This document shows positions 28,647 through 37,891 of a stretch of DNA of 64,000 nt, piece after piece (position 1 is the stretch's first letter; the number at the start of each line of letters is the position of its first letter). The DNA lies in the NCBI GenBank assembly GCA_030834985.1, contig JAUQWV010000003.1:143387-207386 (forward strand). The letters are read 5' to 3'. The stretch is from Candidatus Dojkabacteria bacterium (GTDB lineage: Bacteria > Patescibacteriota > Dojkabacteria > J137). The notes under the pieces were generated by a model. The model ran no database searches and was not told the DNA's origin. It saw only the letters and a list, made by a program, of their open reading frames with translations. The position numbers were made by a program, and so were the translations under genes.

Positions 28647-28826
28647 CCTAAGATTAACGTCACTTAGGAAGAAAAAGAAAGAACGCCGTATAAGCAAGTA
28701 GATTCTTTCGGGACAAGCCCGTTATAGCTTAAGAAAAGCGCCCTAATACCTCAAATTAGGGAATAGAGGTGGTACCACTGCAAACAGTCCTCATAAATTA
28801 GTAAAATATTATTATAAATTTATGAG
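28647..28826 (+). ncRNA. T-box riboswitch (Val, ultrashort stem I, translational type)
   Basis: Stem I CCTAAG-loop(ATTAAC GTC A)-CTTAGG; stem II with GAAC/AGTAG S-turn; IIA/B AAGC-CCGTTATA-GCTT; stem III CCCTAAT/ATTAGGG; GAGG-TGGTACC-ACTG-CAAA-CAGT-CCTC discriminator; upstream of valS. Confidence 0.9.
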
Positions 28827-31143
28827 CTTACCTAACGGACCATACAATCCTCAGCAAAATGAGGACGAAATTCTTAAATACTGGCTTGAAAACAAATTCT
28901 ACAAGCCTGAATACAGCCCTGTAAAAGACCAGGTAGTTTCTACTGAAGAAATGAAAGCTGACCCAAGAGAGCCATTCAGCATTATTTGCCCGCCGCCAAA
29001 TGCCTACGGCAGGCCTCATTTAGGGAATATCTCTGGATATGCATATCAAGATGCAATGGGTAGATATGCCAGAATGAAAGGTAAAAAAGTCTTACTTTTA
29101 CCAGGCAAAGACCATGCAGGTTTAGAAGGTGAGGGTGTTTTTGTTCGAGATATTTTAGAGAAAAAAGGGGTGGATAAATTTTCATTAAGCCGTGAAGAAT
29201 TCTATAACCAAATTTGGAAATTTAACATGCAGAATAAAGAACTAGCATTGAAAGATGAACAGACCATTGGACTTTCTGCTGACTTTGATAGAGATATCTT
29301 TACACTTGACCCTAAAATCGTTGAAATTGTTTTATCAACATTTATAGAAATGTTCAATCAAAATATGATCTATAAAGGAGTTCGTATTGTAAATTGGGAT
29401 CCTAAAGCCCAATCAGTAATTGCTGATAATCAATGTGTACGTGAAGAGAGAAAAGGAAAGATTTATAGAATCAAATATCCTATTGTTGATGATAATAACC
29501 AAATAACTGGAGAATTTATTACAGTCGCAACAACAAGACCTGAAACAATGTTTGGAGATACTGCAATTGCAGTTAATTCTACAGATGAACGCTATACGAA
29601 TCTAGTCGGTAGAAAATGTTTGATACCTTTAACAAATACAATTATTCCAATAATTACAAGTCCACGTGTAGAAAAAGAATTTGGTACCGGTTGTTTAAAA
29701 ATTACACCAGCCCATTCATTAGATGATTTCACAATTATGACTGAATGGAATCAAGCTAATCAGGCCAACCAAATAAGCTACTGCAATGTAATAAATAAGG
29801 ACTTAACTTTGGTTGGCCCAGTACCATCCAAATATCTAGGTAGAAAATACACTGATGTATTACCAGAAATCCTTTCTGATCTAAAAAGTGGAGAATACCT
29901 AATTTCAGAAGAAGAATTAGTTCAAAATATCTTAATTGCAGAAAGAACAAAAGCTATTGTTGAACCAATAATGAGTTCTCAATGGTTTATTGATATTGAA
30001 AAAATCAGACAACCTGTGATTGATATGGTTAAAAATGGAGATGTAACAATTCATCCTAAAAATATGGAGGCTAAATTCTTTTACTGGATGGAAAATTTAA
30101 GAGATTGGGCAATCAGCAGAACTCTATGGTGGGGCTACAGGATGCCAGTATGGTATGCAGGTCCTATTGAAGAAAGAATAGATAACAACGGCAAAGTTGA
30201 AACCTTTATAAATTTAAATAATGAATGGGTTGTTTTAGATTCAACAAGCGAAAACCACTTGAAAGTGCAACTAGAAAGTCCTGGAACAAACTGGATTCAA
30301 GAAGAAAGTGTTCTAGATACATGGTTTAGCTCCGGACAATGGCCATATGCAACATTGATGGTAAATAATTTAATGGATACATTTTATCCAACAAGTGTAA
30401 TGGAAACTGGATACGATATTCTTGAAAATTGGGTAAGCAGAATGATGATGTTCAGCTACTTTAAATTAAAAAAGGAGCCATTTAAAGATATTTATCTTCA
30501 TGGATTAGTAAAAGGAACTGATGGACAAAAAATGAGTAAATCAAAAGGTAATGTTATTCCAATGGATCAGGCTAAAGAAAAATATGGAGTAGATCCTTTA
30601 AGAATGGTTTATTTTTATCAAAATAGTGCAGGGGCAAGCTATGCATTAACTTACGAAAAGTTAGAGATGTTTAAAAACTTTAATAATAAGATTTGGAATG
30701 CTAGTAAATTTGTACTTGGTAATTTTGAAAAGAATAATATTCAATACAGCATTCCAGCTTTAGATAGTTTAAGACTCGAAAATAGTAAAGAGATTTTTAA
30801 TCATATTACCGATGTAAAACAAAAAGTCACAAAGTTTATGGATACATTTAAATTTGGTCTAGCTAGCTCAACTTTGTACGATGAATTCTGGCATAATTTT
30901 TGTGATAAGTTAATCGAGCAATCTAAGGTATATTTGTATACACAGAAAAATAAAGATACAGGTGAATTTATCAGCGAACCAAAGCCGGAGGAATTACAAG
31001 AAACAGTAAATATTTTTGTTTATGCACTAAAAGAATATACTAAGATGCTGCACCCATTTATTCCGTTTATAACAGAAAAGATCTGGCAGGAACTGCCAAA
31101 AGTGGAAGGTGATCATAAAACAGTTATGTATTCGAAGTGGTAG
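28822..31143 (+). CDS. valS: Valine--tRNA ligase (lacks the C-terminal coiled coil)
   Basis: PPPN..G.PHLGN, ATTRPETMFGD, DWAISRTLWWG, VLDTWFSS, KMSKSKGN. Confidence 0.95.
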   Translation: MSLPNGPYNPQQNEDEILKYWLENKFYKPEYSPVKDQVVSTEEMKADPREPFSIICPPPNAYGRPHLGNISGYAYQDAMGRYARMKGKKVLLLPGKDHAGLEGEGVFVRDILEKKGVDKFSLSREEFYNQIWKFNMQNKELALKDEQTIGLSADFDRDIFTLDPKIVEIVLSTFIEMFNQNMIYKGVRIVNWDPKAQSVIADNQCVREERKGKIYRIKYPIVDDNNQITGEFITVATTRPETMFGDTAIAVNSTDERYTNLVGRKCLIPLTNTIIPIITSPRVEKEFGTGCLKITPAHSLDDFTIMTEWNQANQANQISYCNVINKDLTLVGPVPSKYLGRKYTDVLPEILSDLKSGEYLISEEELVQNILIAERTKAIVEPIMSSQWFIDIEKIRQPVIDMVKNGDVTIHPKNMEAKFFYWMENLRDWAISRTLWWGYRMPVWYAGPIEERIDNNGKVETFINLNNEWVVLDSTSENHLKVQLESPGTNWIQEESVLDTWFSSGQWPYATLMVNNLMDTFYPTSVMETGYDILENWVSRMMMFSYFKLKKEPFKDIYLHGLVKGTDGQKMSKSKGNVIPMDQAKEKYGVDPLRMVYFYQNSAGASYALTYEKLEMFKNFNNKIWNASKFVLGNFEKNNIQYSIPALDSLRLENSKEIFNHITDVKQKVTKFMDTFKFGLASSTLYDEFWHNFCDKLIEQSKVYLYTQKNKDTGEFISEPKPEELQETVNIFVYALKEYTKMLHPFIPFITEKIWQELPKVEGDHKTVMYSKW

Positions 31144-31173
31144 AATAAAAATATATTAGTTATGATTATTTAT

Positions 31174-31491
31174 ATGCCATTACCAAAGTTAGTAAGAGAT
31201 AATATTCCCGAAATAATCTACCAGAATGAAGGTAAGGAACCGGTTACAAGAATTTTAGAAGAGGATGAGTATATTTGGCATTTATTGGCAAAGCTGCAAG
31301 AAGAGGTTAAAGAAGTTGTTGAATCAGAATCAGGAGAACATAGATTAGAAGAATTAGCAGATGTTATGGAGCTTATAAAAGCAATAGCTGCATTAGATGG
31401 TGTAACACTAGAGCAAATTGAAGAAATTAGAAAAGCAAAATCACTTAAAAATGGCGGTTTTGACAAACGAATCTTATTAAAAGAGATTTAA
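31174..31491 (+). CDS. Nucleoside triphosphate pyrophosphohydrolase (MazG/PRA-PH-like)
   Basis: KLVRDNIPEII, KLQEEVKE, EELADV, KNGGFDKRI. Confidence 0.85.
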   Translation: MPLPKLVRDNIPEIIYQNEGKEPVTRILEEDEYIWHLLAKLQEEVKEVVESESGEHRLEELADVMELIKAIAALDGVTLEQIEEIRKAKSLKNGGFDKRILLKEI

Positions 31492-32819
31492 CTGACTTTT
31501 CCAAGTAAAGCTTGTCTTACAGCTTCAGCGTCGTTCCATTCATAATCTACATGGGCAAATGATAGTGTATCTTCATCACCTTTACCAGTAACAAAAACTA
31601 TATCTCCTGGTTTTGCAAATTTGATTGCATAATCTATAGCATTAAGACGGCTTGTATAGTCTTCGGCATCAAACGCAACAAATGGGATGTCGCGATTATC
31701 CCATACTCTTTCAATCTTTAATCTTAAGTTATCTTTGTTAATCCAAGAATATTCTTCTTGTGAGCCGACTCTTTCAACAAGAATTGCCCTATTGGGCTGT
31801 GCTCTTAAATGAAGCTCTGTATTGATATCAGAAACTCTTTCGCTTCTAGGATCTTCTGCTGCTAGTAAAACAAGGTTTGAATATTTAGCAGCGGCGGAAG
31901 CGATTCTTCTCCTATCTTTGTGCTGATCACCGCTGCTTCCTAAAACAGTAATAATTCTTGAGTTATACGGTTTAATTAAATGTAAATACATTAGTGCATC
32001 TTCCAGCATATCCGGCGTGTACGCATAATCTACAACTACAGAGAATGGATGCTTTTGAACAACTTCCATACGGCCTTTTGGAGGGTCAAAAGTACCTAAA
32101 GAACTAGGAATTATATGCTGTGGAACATAGATTTGTGCAAGCTTTGCTGCTTGAGCAGCATTAAAAATATTTGCTGTTCCGATAGTTGGCAGAGTGTACG
32201 GCTCCTTTTCGAACTCAAAAGAAACATCATTAATTGAATGTCTAATATTTCCGAGCTTTGACATATCTATCCAGTACGAATAAATACTGTTTTTAATTCT
32301 ATTAGCTTCGCTAATTATCCAGTTTGAAACATCGGCACTATGGTTATTGAATACAACTAAACCACCTTCACGAACTTTAGATAAAAAGTCTATCTTTGTT
32401 TGAGCATACTCTTCCCAAGTCTCGTAATCATCAGGTCTATCAAAAAATATATTAGTTAGGATTCCAGAATCAAAAGTAATACCGTCAAAATTTCGTTTTC
32501 TTAACCCGCTTGAATTAACCTCAACAACTGCATGTGTCATACCTCCCTTATGCATGTGAGCTAATAATTTATTGAGCTCAACTGAATCAATAACATTAGC
32601 ATAAGTGTCACGCTCATATTTTAGTGGTTCTGCAGAGTAACCTAGTGTAGAGATATAACCAACATTTAATCCTGAGCTTTTTAGGATATGGTAAAGCATA
32701 TGAGCAGTAATAGTTTTTCCACGCGTGCCTGCAACACCTACCACCTTAAGTTTGGTAGATGGGTTTCCGTTTGCAATTGAAGATAGTACAGATTTTTGAC
32801 TATTTAAAAATTGAATCAT
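31488..32819 (-). CDS. MurE-like Mur ligase (several motifs degenerate)
   Basis: GVAGTRGKT P-loop, GRME, VVVDYAYTPD, EDPRSE, GDIVFVTGKG. Confidence 0.8.
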   Translation of the reverse strand: MIQFLNSQKSVLSSIANGNPSTKLKVVGVAGTRGKTITAHMLYHILKSSGLNVGYISTLGYSAEPLKYERDTYANVIDSVELNKLLAHMHKGGMTHAVVEVNSSGLRKRNFDGITFDSGILTNIFFDRPDDYETWEEYAQTKIDFLSKVREGGLVVFNNHSADVSNWIISEANRIKNSIYSYWIDMSKLGNIRHSINDVSFEFEKEPYTLPTIGTANIFNAAQAAKLAQIYVPQHIIPSSLGTFDPPKGRMEVVQKHPFSVVVDYAYTPDMLEDALMYLHLIKPYNSRIITVLGSSGDQHKDRRRIASAAAKYSNLVLLAAEDPRSERVSDINTELHLRAQPNRAILVERVGSQEEYSWINKDNLRLKIERVWDNRDIPFVAFDAEDYTSRLNAIDYAIKFAKPGDIVFVTGKGDEDTLSFAHVDYEWNDAEAVRQALLGKVS

Positions 32820-32855
32820 AACCTAGATACATTATGTACTATTGATATTAAGGTA

Positions 32856-33245
32856 TCAAGCCTTCTTTCTTTCAATACTTAAAATATATATAGCCAAAGA
32901 GATTAAGATGATATTTTTAAATACAAATTCACCTTCAAGTGTAAATAAAGTAGATTGGCTAAAATAGTAATTCCAATTAAATAAAACACCTATAAATGTT
33001 CCTAAAAGATGCAAGATTATGCCAATACAGGCAAGAACTCTTGTGGTTCTAAATAGTATAGCTATTCCAAGTGCAACTTCTGTTAGGCCAATTAAGAGGA
33101 TTATTGACTCATTAAAGAATGGATAGCTAGCTAACATTAGTTCCTCAACAGAAGTTGCGCCTAAAATCTTAGGAATTCCAAATGCTATATAAACTAAAGC
33201 AATGGAGCCGATCAGTAATCTGTACGGCGTTATTTTCTTTATCAT
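32856..33245 (-). CDS. DoxX-family membrane protein
   Basis: YIAFGIPK, IGLTEVALG, TLEGEFVFKNIIL. Confidence 0.75.
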   Translation of the reverse strand: MIKKITPYRLLIGSIALVYIAFGIPKILGATSVEELMLASYPFFNESIILLIGLTEVALGIAILFRTTRVLACIGIILHLLGTFIGVLFNWNYYFSQSTLFTLEGEFVFKNIILISLAIYILSIERKKA

Positions 33246-33868
33246 TTATTTGATTTTCGATTTTCTACAAAGTAAATTAATATTACCCAAATTCCACTAA
33301 AAAGCATTAGCCCACCAATGCTTACAATTACTAAATCAAAATATATTTGACTAACTGAAGCTATAAATCCGGCAGCAATACTAAAACATGCTCCAGCTAT
33401 GCTTAATATTGTATCGTACACTGCATAGTTATAGCCTTCGCGCCCTTTATCTAGATTTTTAGCAAATAATTTACGCCAGTTAACTAAGTTCATTGCTGCA
33501 CCCAAGCCTGCAATGAATTGAAGAAAAAAGTATAGATAAGGGCTTGCTAAAAGGGGATAGAAAAAGAACGGAACACCCATAAGCAAATTCCCAAGTAATA
33601 AAAAAAGTATATCGTCCTTATCTCTTTTAATTCTATCTGTAATTAATCCAACAGGAATTTGAGATACGCCTTTTGATAAGAGATATACTGCAGTACCTAC
33701 ACCAATATATTCAACAGCTCTTCCACCTAACTTAGTTTCTAGATAGATACCTACAATGGTGGTAATTACCATGTACAGTCCCCAAGTAAAAATATCTGAC
33801 AATGTTAGGTACCAAATAACTCTGTTAATTGAAAATTTTGACATCACGCTTTTGTTTTCTACCATCAT
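33242..33868 (-). CDS. Half-size (about 6-TM) MFS transporter-like protein
   Basis: Motif-A-like QIPVGLITDRI; six hydrophobic segments; 208 aa. Confidence 0.7.
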   Translation of the reverse strand: MMVENKSVMSKFSINRVIWYLTLSDIFTWGLYMVITTIVGIYLETKLGGRAVEYIGVGTAVYLLSKGVSQIPVGLITDRIKRDKDDILFLLLGNLLMGVPFFFYPLLASPYLYFFLQFIAGLGAAMNLVNWRKLFAKNLDKGREGYNYAVYDTILSIAGACFSIAAGFIASVSQIYFDLVIVSIGGLMLFSGIWVILIYFVENRKSNK

Positions 33869-33931
33869 ACATCTACAAATATATCACATTACGTAGTAAA
33901 GTATTTACAAACAATTCTTAATTTTAGATAA

Positions 33932-34195
33932 ATGCAGGACTCAGAAAAATTAGAAATGGCAAACCGAAGCAGCCACGTTCATTTGAAATCAAGAAGACGC
34001 ATTGTGTTTGATAACTTCTTAGGTGGAATCTCATGGGGAGTAGGTTCAGTAATTGGAGCCTCGATTGTTGTTGGAATTATAGGGATAATTGTGATTAGAA
34101 CAAGTACAATACCACTAATAGGAGATCTTGTAAGGGTAGTGATGAACGAAATTCAAACAGGTGTTAACGAAATAACAAAAAATACTACGGAATGA
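33932..34195 (+). CDS. Small membrane protein (DUF5665-like)
   Basis: NFLGGISWGVGSVIGA...IPLIG pattern. Confidence 0.6.
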   Translation: MQDSEKLEMANRSSHVHLKSRRRIVFDNFLGGISWGVGSVIGASIVVGIIGIIVIRTSTIPLIGDLVRVVMNEIQTGVNEITKNTTE

Positions 34196-34713
34196 ATTTA
34201 GACGAACAAAAATTCAATCTCTCCAAAATTTATGATGACCAATTTGATAGAATATACTCATTCTTTTATTATAAAACGCTTTCTAAAGATACTGCAGAAG
34301 ACTTAACCAGTGAAACTTTTCTGACATTAGCAAATATTCTAGCGGGCGGGAAAGGACACGAGATAGAAAATATCAAAGCATTTCTGTTTGGAATTGCCCG
34401 TAATACTTTTATTAAATACCTTCAGCACAAATACAAGGCAGAAATTCCATTTTCAGTTTTTGGAGAAAATTTTGAAGAATATATGGATACTTTTACAAAA
34501 GAGAGTAAAAAAGCAATACCATTTGAAGACAGATTGATTAAATACTTAGAACATATACCTAAAAAACAGGCAGTTATTTTACAGCTTAGATTTATAGAAA
34601 AGCTTAGCTTAACAGAAATCTGCCAAAGGCTAGGTAAAAATATGAATTATGTAAAAACTACCCAAAAAAGGGCTTTTAAATCTTTAAAAGATGCTATAGA
34701 AACTACGTTATAG
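34192..34713 (+). CDS. ECF-type RNA polymerase sigma factor
   Basis: Region 2 AEDLTSETF..AFLFGIARN; region 4 LRFIEKLSLTEIC..LGK..VKTTQKRA. Confidence 0.9.
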   Translation: MNLDEQKFNLSKIYDDQFDRIYSFFYYKTLSKDTAEDLTSETFLTLANILAGGKGHEIENIKAFLFGIARNTFIKYLQHKYKAEIPFSVFGENFEEYMDTFTKESKKAIPFEDRLIKYLEHIPKKQAVILQLRFIEKLSLTEICQRLGKNMNYVKTTQKRAFKSLKDAIETTL

Positions 34714-34749
34714 CAAGGTTTTTGTACACTTTTTAATACTAGATATTGT

Positions 34750-35712
34750 ATGCAAAATAAGATAGATCAAGAAGAAAAACGATTTTTAGAGTTAATGGAG
34801 CCAGAAAGCTCAGTCGCAAATCCGGCTTTTAAAGCACGCCTAAAAGAACGATTCTTAGAAGAGCTTGAACCAAAGTTCAGTTTTTGGCGTCTTTTAGACT
34901 CTAATTTGAGCTTTCTGGCTGTTATTGCAGTAAGCTTTATTACTGTTTTAGGTGGATTCCTAATACTTACAAATCTAACAGAGCCTAAAACTATTAATAA
35001 TACTCCTGTTTTTTCTGAGAGAAGAAAACAAGAAGTAGTTGAAAAAGTTGCCAAAAAGACTTCAATTTCGGCATTAAAACTTTTATCTGTTAATGAGTTT
35101 TTAGACGAAAATTATATCTCTAAACCAATAAAAGCTGAAGAAAACGGTTTCAACTTGAGAACAACTGAAGTAACATACACACCAACTTCTCAAGTTGAAA
35201 CCTGCAAAGAGCTTAAATTACCAAGTGAGCTAACTACAACTCAGTTATTTGAATACTTTGAAAATGGGCATTCAATAGTTAAATTAGAGAAAAATAACCA
35301 AACTGTTATTGTTACTGAGTTTGAGGAAGAAGATCCTGTAAGTTTTCCTATTTCGTTTGCTACACCAGTCAGTTTTAGTAATGTATTAGAGCACGAAATA
35401 ATTGATTCAAATTTATTAGAAATCAATAATAACTTTGAGGTTGTAGAAAGAACAGATGGTAAAGAAACTATATTCATAATCACAGATTATGTTGCATTTG
35501 ATTGTGGAAATGAGCCTGTTTCGTTTAGCAGCTTATTAGAATCCGACAGAGATAAGATTATTCGTGAATTCATTTTAAATCCAGATTATTCAATACATAC
35601 AGTTAATTTCTATTTAAACGAGATTAGTTCAGATACAAGACTTGCAGAAGTAAGCATTGCGTCTGAAGTTTCTACAATAGATAGTAATACTGCAAAAAGG
35701 ATATTACGGTAA
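34750..35712 (+). CDS. Putative anti-sigma factor (cytoplasmic N-domain, TM, extracytoplasmic domain)
   Basis: Immediately after the ECF gene; PAFKARLKERFL N-terminal motif; one TM; two Cys in the outer domain. Confidence 0.65.
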   Translation: MQNKIDQEEKRFLELMEPESSVANPAFKARLKERFLEELEPKFSFWRLLDSNLSFLAVIAVSFITVLGGFLILTNLTEPKTINNTPVFSERRKQEVVEKVAKKTSISALKLLSVNEFLDENYISKPIKAEENGFNLRTTEVTYTPTSQVETCKELKLPSELTTTQLFEYFENGHSIVKLEKNNQTVIVTEFEEEDPVSFPISFATPVSFSNVLEHEIIDSNLLEINNNFEVVERTDGKETIFIITDYVAFDCGNEPVSFSSLLESDRDKIIREFILNPDYSIHTVNFYLNEISSDTRLAEVSIASEVSTIDSNTAKRILR

Positions 35713-35752
35713 CCTTTAAAAAGAATTCATAAAATTAAGCTAACATATTAAA

Positions 35753-36487
35753 ATGATAATTTTAGCAACAACATCTTTTTTTGCAGGTATTCTTACCATC
35801 CTTACACCCTGTACTTTGCCTTTGTTACCAGTTGTATTAGGTTCGGCAATACACTATAAAAACTCTAGGAGAATCTTTTTGATCCTTGCTTCACTAGGAC
35901 TTTCTGTCTTTGTGTTTACTTTAGCATTTAAAGCCACAACAGACTTTTTAGTTTTGCCAGAAAGCATTCTTCGAATGCTTTCTGGCTTAATAATCTTACT
36001 GTTAGGTATTTTTTATCTATTTCCTGATCTATGGGATAAGATAGCAAATAGAATAGGGTTTAATAAAATCAACAATAAATTATTTAATAACTTCAAAGGT
36101 GAAGACGAGAAGACAAACGCAGTTATAACTGGTATAGCACTTGGTCCAATATTTACAAGTTGCAGCCCAACTTATGGATACATTTTATTTGCTGTCCTGC
36201 CGGCTAGTGCTCCCGAAGCTTTGCTGTATTTAGTAATGTTCATTTTAGGAATGCTAACATTTTTAGCTTTAATAGCCCTGGCAGGACAGCGTATAGTAGC
36301 TAAAACAAGTTGGGCTGCAGCTTCAAATGGCAAGTTCAGAAAATTCCTAGGAATTCAATTTATCTTAATTGGTATTCTGGTAATATTTAAGCTCGATAAA
36401 ACAATAGAATCATACTTATTAGAACAGCCAATAATACAAAACTTATTGTTAAACCGAGTAGAGCAGGAAATAATTAATCAGCTATAG
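35753..36487 (+). CDS. ccdA: CcdA/DsbD-family thiol-disulfide transporter
   Basis: AGILTILTPCTLPLLP and FTSCSPT catalytic Cys motifs; six TMs. Confidence 0.85.
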   Translation: MIILATTSFFAGILTILTPCTLPLLPVVLGSAIHYKNSRRIFLILASLGLSVFVFTLAFKATTDFLVLPESILRMLSGLIILLLGIFYLFPDLWDKIANRIGFNKINNKLFNNFKGEDEKTNAVITGIALGPIFTSCSPTYGYILFAVLPASAPEALLYLVMFILGMLTFLALIALAGQRIVAKTSWAAASNGKFRKFLGIQFILIGILVIFKLDKTIESYLLEQPIIQNLLLNRVEQEIINQL

Positions 36488-37001
36488 TTAAAGTTTCAAG
36501 CTTTCTTTCTAACTTTACAATCCTTTTTTCAAGATTCTGAGCTTCAATAACTCCTGAAAAAGCGTAGCGAATATACACTAAGAATAAAAGTATTATTAGT
36601 GAAATAATCAGAACCAATACTCTTAGTATATTAGCTAATAAGTTAACAACTTGGCCATAAATATTTGAAGTATATTGTTCAACTTGCTCAACCTGGTTGG
36701 TATTTCCCCAATTTAACAAGCCTTGGACTTTATCTACAATTTCATTTTGCAATGTAGTTACATTTGTTAGTGTTGTATCAATACTTTTTAAATTATTTGC
36801 CAAAGGTGTATCAACAAAATTTGACTCAACAAAGTTTAAATATATTTGAGGTAAGAATAAGACAGAGAAAATAGCAATAATACTTAGAGGAAAAAGGATC
36901 TTTAATAAAAAGGTACCGACTCCAAGTATTTTTTTATAAAGAGCAAAAGCTAAAGTTAATAAAATAACTACCCCTACAATTACTAAAGTCACAATATCCA
37001 T
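36474..37001 (-). CDS. Hypothetical membrane protein
   Basis: Three hydrophobic segments and a C-terminal coiled coil. Confidence 0.6.
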   Translation of the reverse strand: MDIVTLVIVGVVILLTLAFALYKKILGVGTFLLKILFPLSIIAIFSVLFLPQIYLNFVESNFVDTPLANNLKSIDTTLTNVTTLQNEIVDKVQGLLNWGNTNQVEQVEQYTSNIYGQVVNLLANILRVLVLIISLIILLFLVYIRYAFSGVIEAQNLEKRIVKLERKLETLTIAD

Positions 37002-37002
37002 A

Positions 37003-37395
37003 TTACTTTAATAGTGTTAATAGAATACTAGAAGCTAGTATGCAAGCTAGAATATAGCCGGAATCTATAAAAAAGAGCTTTAAGCTTTTTTGCTGAAAAA
37101 CATTACTTATATAAATTGAAACAGCGCTAAAGCCAAGCCACAAAAAGAAGCCTAAAACTAAAGCTTCTGTTAGCTCTATTAGTTTTAAAGCTGATAACAA
37201 ATAGGCAAAAACCGAATTAAGTGCTAAAAAACATATTGTCGGGATTACGTACATTGAGCTGCCATCCTTGTCCATCTTATTATTTGATAACTTAGCCCAT
37301 GCTTTTCCAAATAGATAGTCGGAATACCATAGAAATCCTAATGCCATTGATACAATTGTTGCTGCAGCGATTGTTAGAATATTTACTGATTGCAT
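37003..37395 (-). CDS. DUF1761-family membrane protein
   Basis: LGFLWYSDYLFGKAW, LFFIDSGY motifs. Confidence 0.75.
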   Translation of the reverse strand: MQSVNILTIAAATIVSMALGFLWYSDYLFGKAWAKLSNNKMDKDGSSMYVIPTICFLALNSVFAYLLSALKLIELTEALVLGFFLWLGFSAVSIYISNVFQQKSLKLFFIDSGYILACILASSILLTLLK

Positions 37396-37442
37396 ATTTC
37401 GGTCTTAAAAATTTATGTATACTTTAGTATATAATAACGTAT

Positions 37443-37865
37443 ATGGACCCACTCGTAATCATTGTTATTGGAATTTTGTTAATCGCAATTTTTATTATTG
37501 CTCTTATTGCAAGTTCTGCAGGCAGCAAAAGTACTCCTGAATGGAAAAAGAAAGTGCAAAACCAAATTTACAATATCGAAAAAGGATTACAGCTTAATAA
37601 CCATCTTTCCTTAAAGAACTCTTTAATTGAGGCCGATAAACTGTTGGACTTTACATTAAAGCAGAAAAAAGTAAAGGGTGAGACATTAGGTGAAAGGCTG
37701 AAAAGCGCTAAAAGCCTTTTCAGTAAAGATGACTACAATAACATCTGGACTGCTCATAAGTTGCGTAATGAACTAGTTCACGAGATAGATTCAAAAATCT
37801 CTGATAACCACATTAAAAATCAAACATATAACTTGCTTAAATCTATTAAAAAACTTATAGCTTAA
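37443..37865 (+). CDS. Membrane-anchored protein with an HEPN-like RxxxxH motif
   Basis: N-terminal TM; EADKLLD, GETLGERLK, AHKLRNELVH. Confidence 0.55.
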   Translation: MDPLVIIVIGILLIAIFIIALIASSAGSKSTPEWKKKVQNQIYNIEKGLQLNNHLSLKNSLIEADKLLDFTLKQKKVKGETLGERLKSAKSLFSKDDYNNIWTAHKLRNELVHEIDSKISDNHIKNQTYNLLKSIKKLIA

Positions 37866-37891
37866 TAGGATTAATGGTGTAAAATATTTGT

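Noticed and set aside
28677-28709. GUA in AAGTAGA as the T-box specifier
   Set aside because: It fits better as the AGUA strand of the stem II S-turn opposite GAAC; the GUC in the upstream hairpin loop is the better specifier
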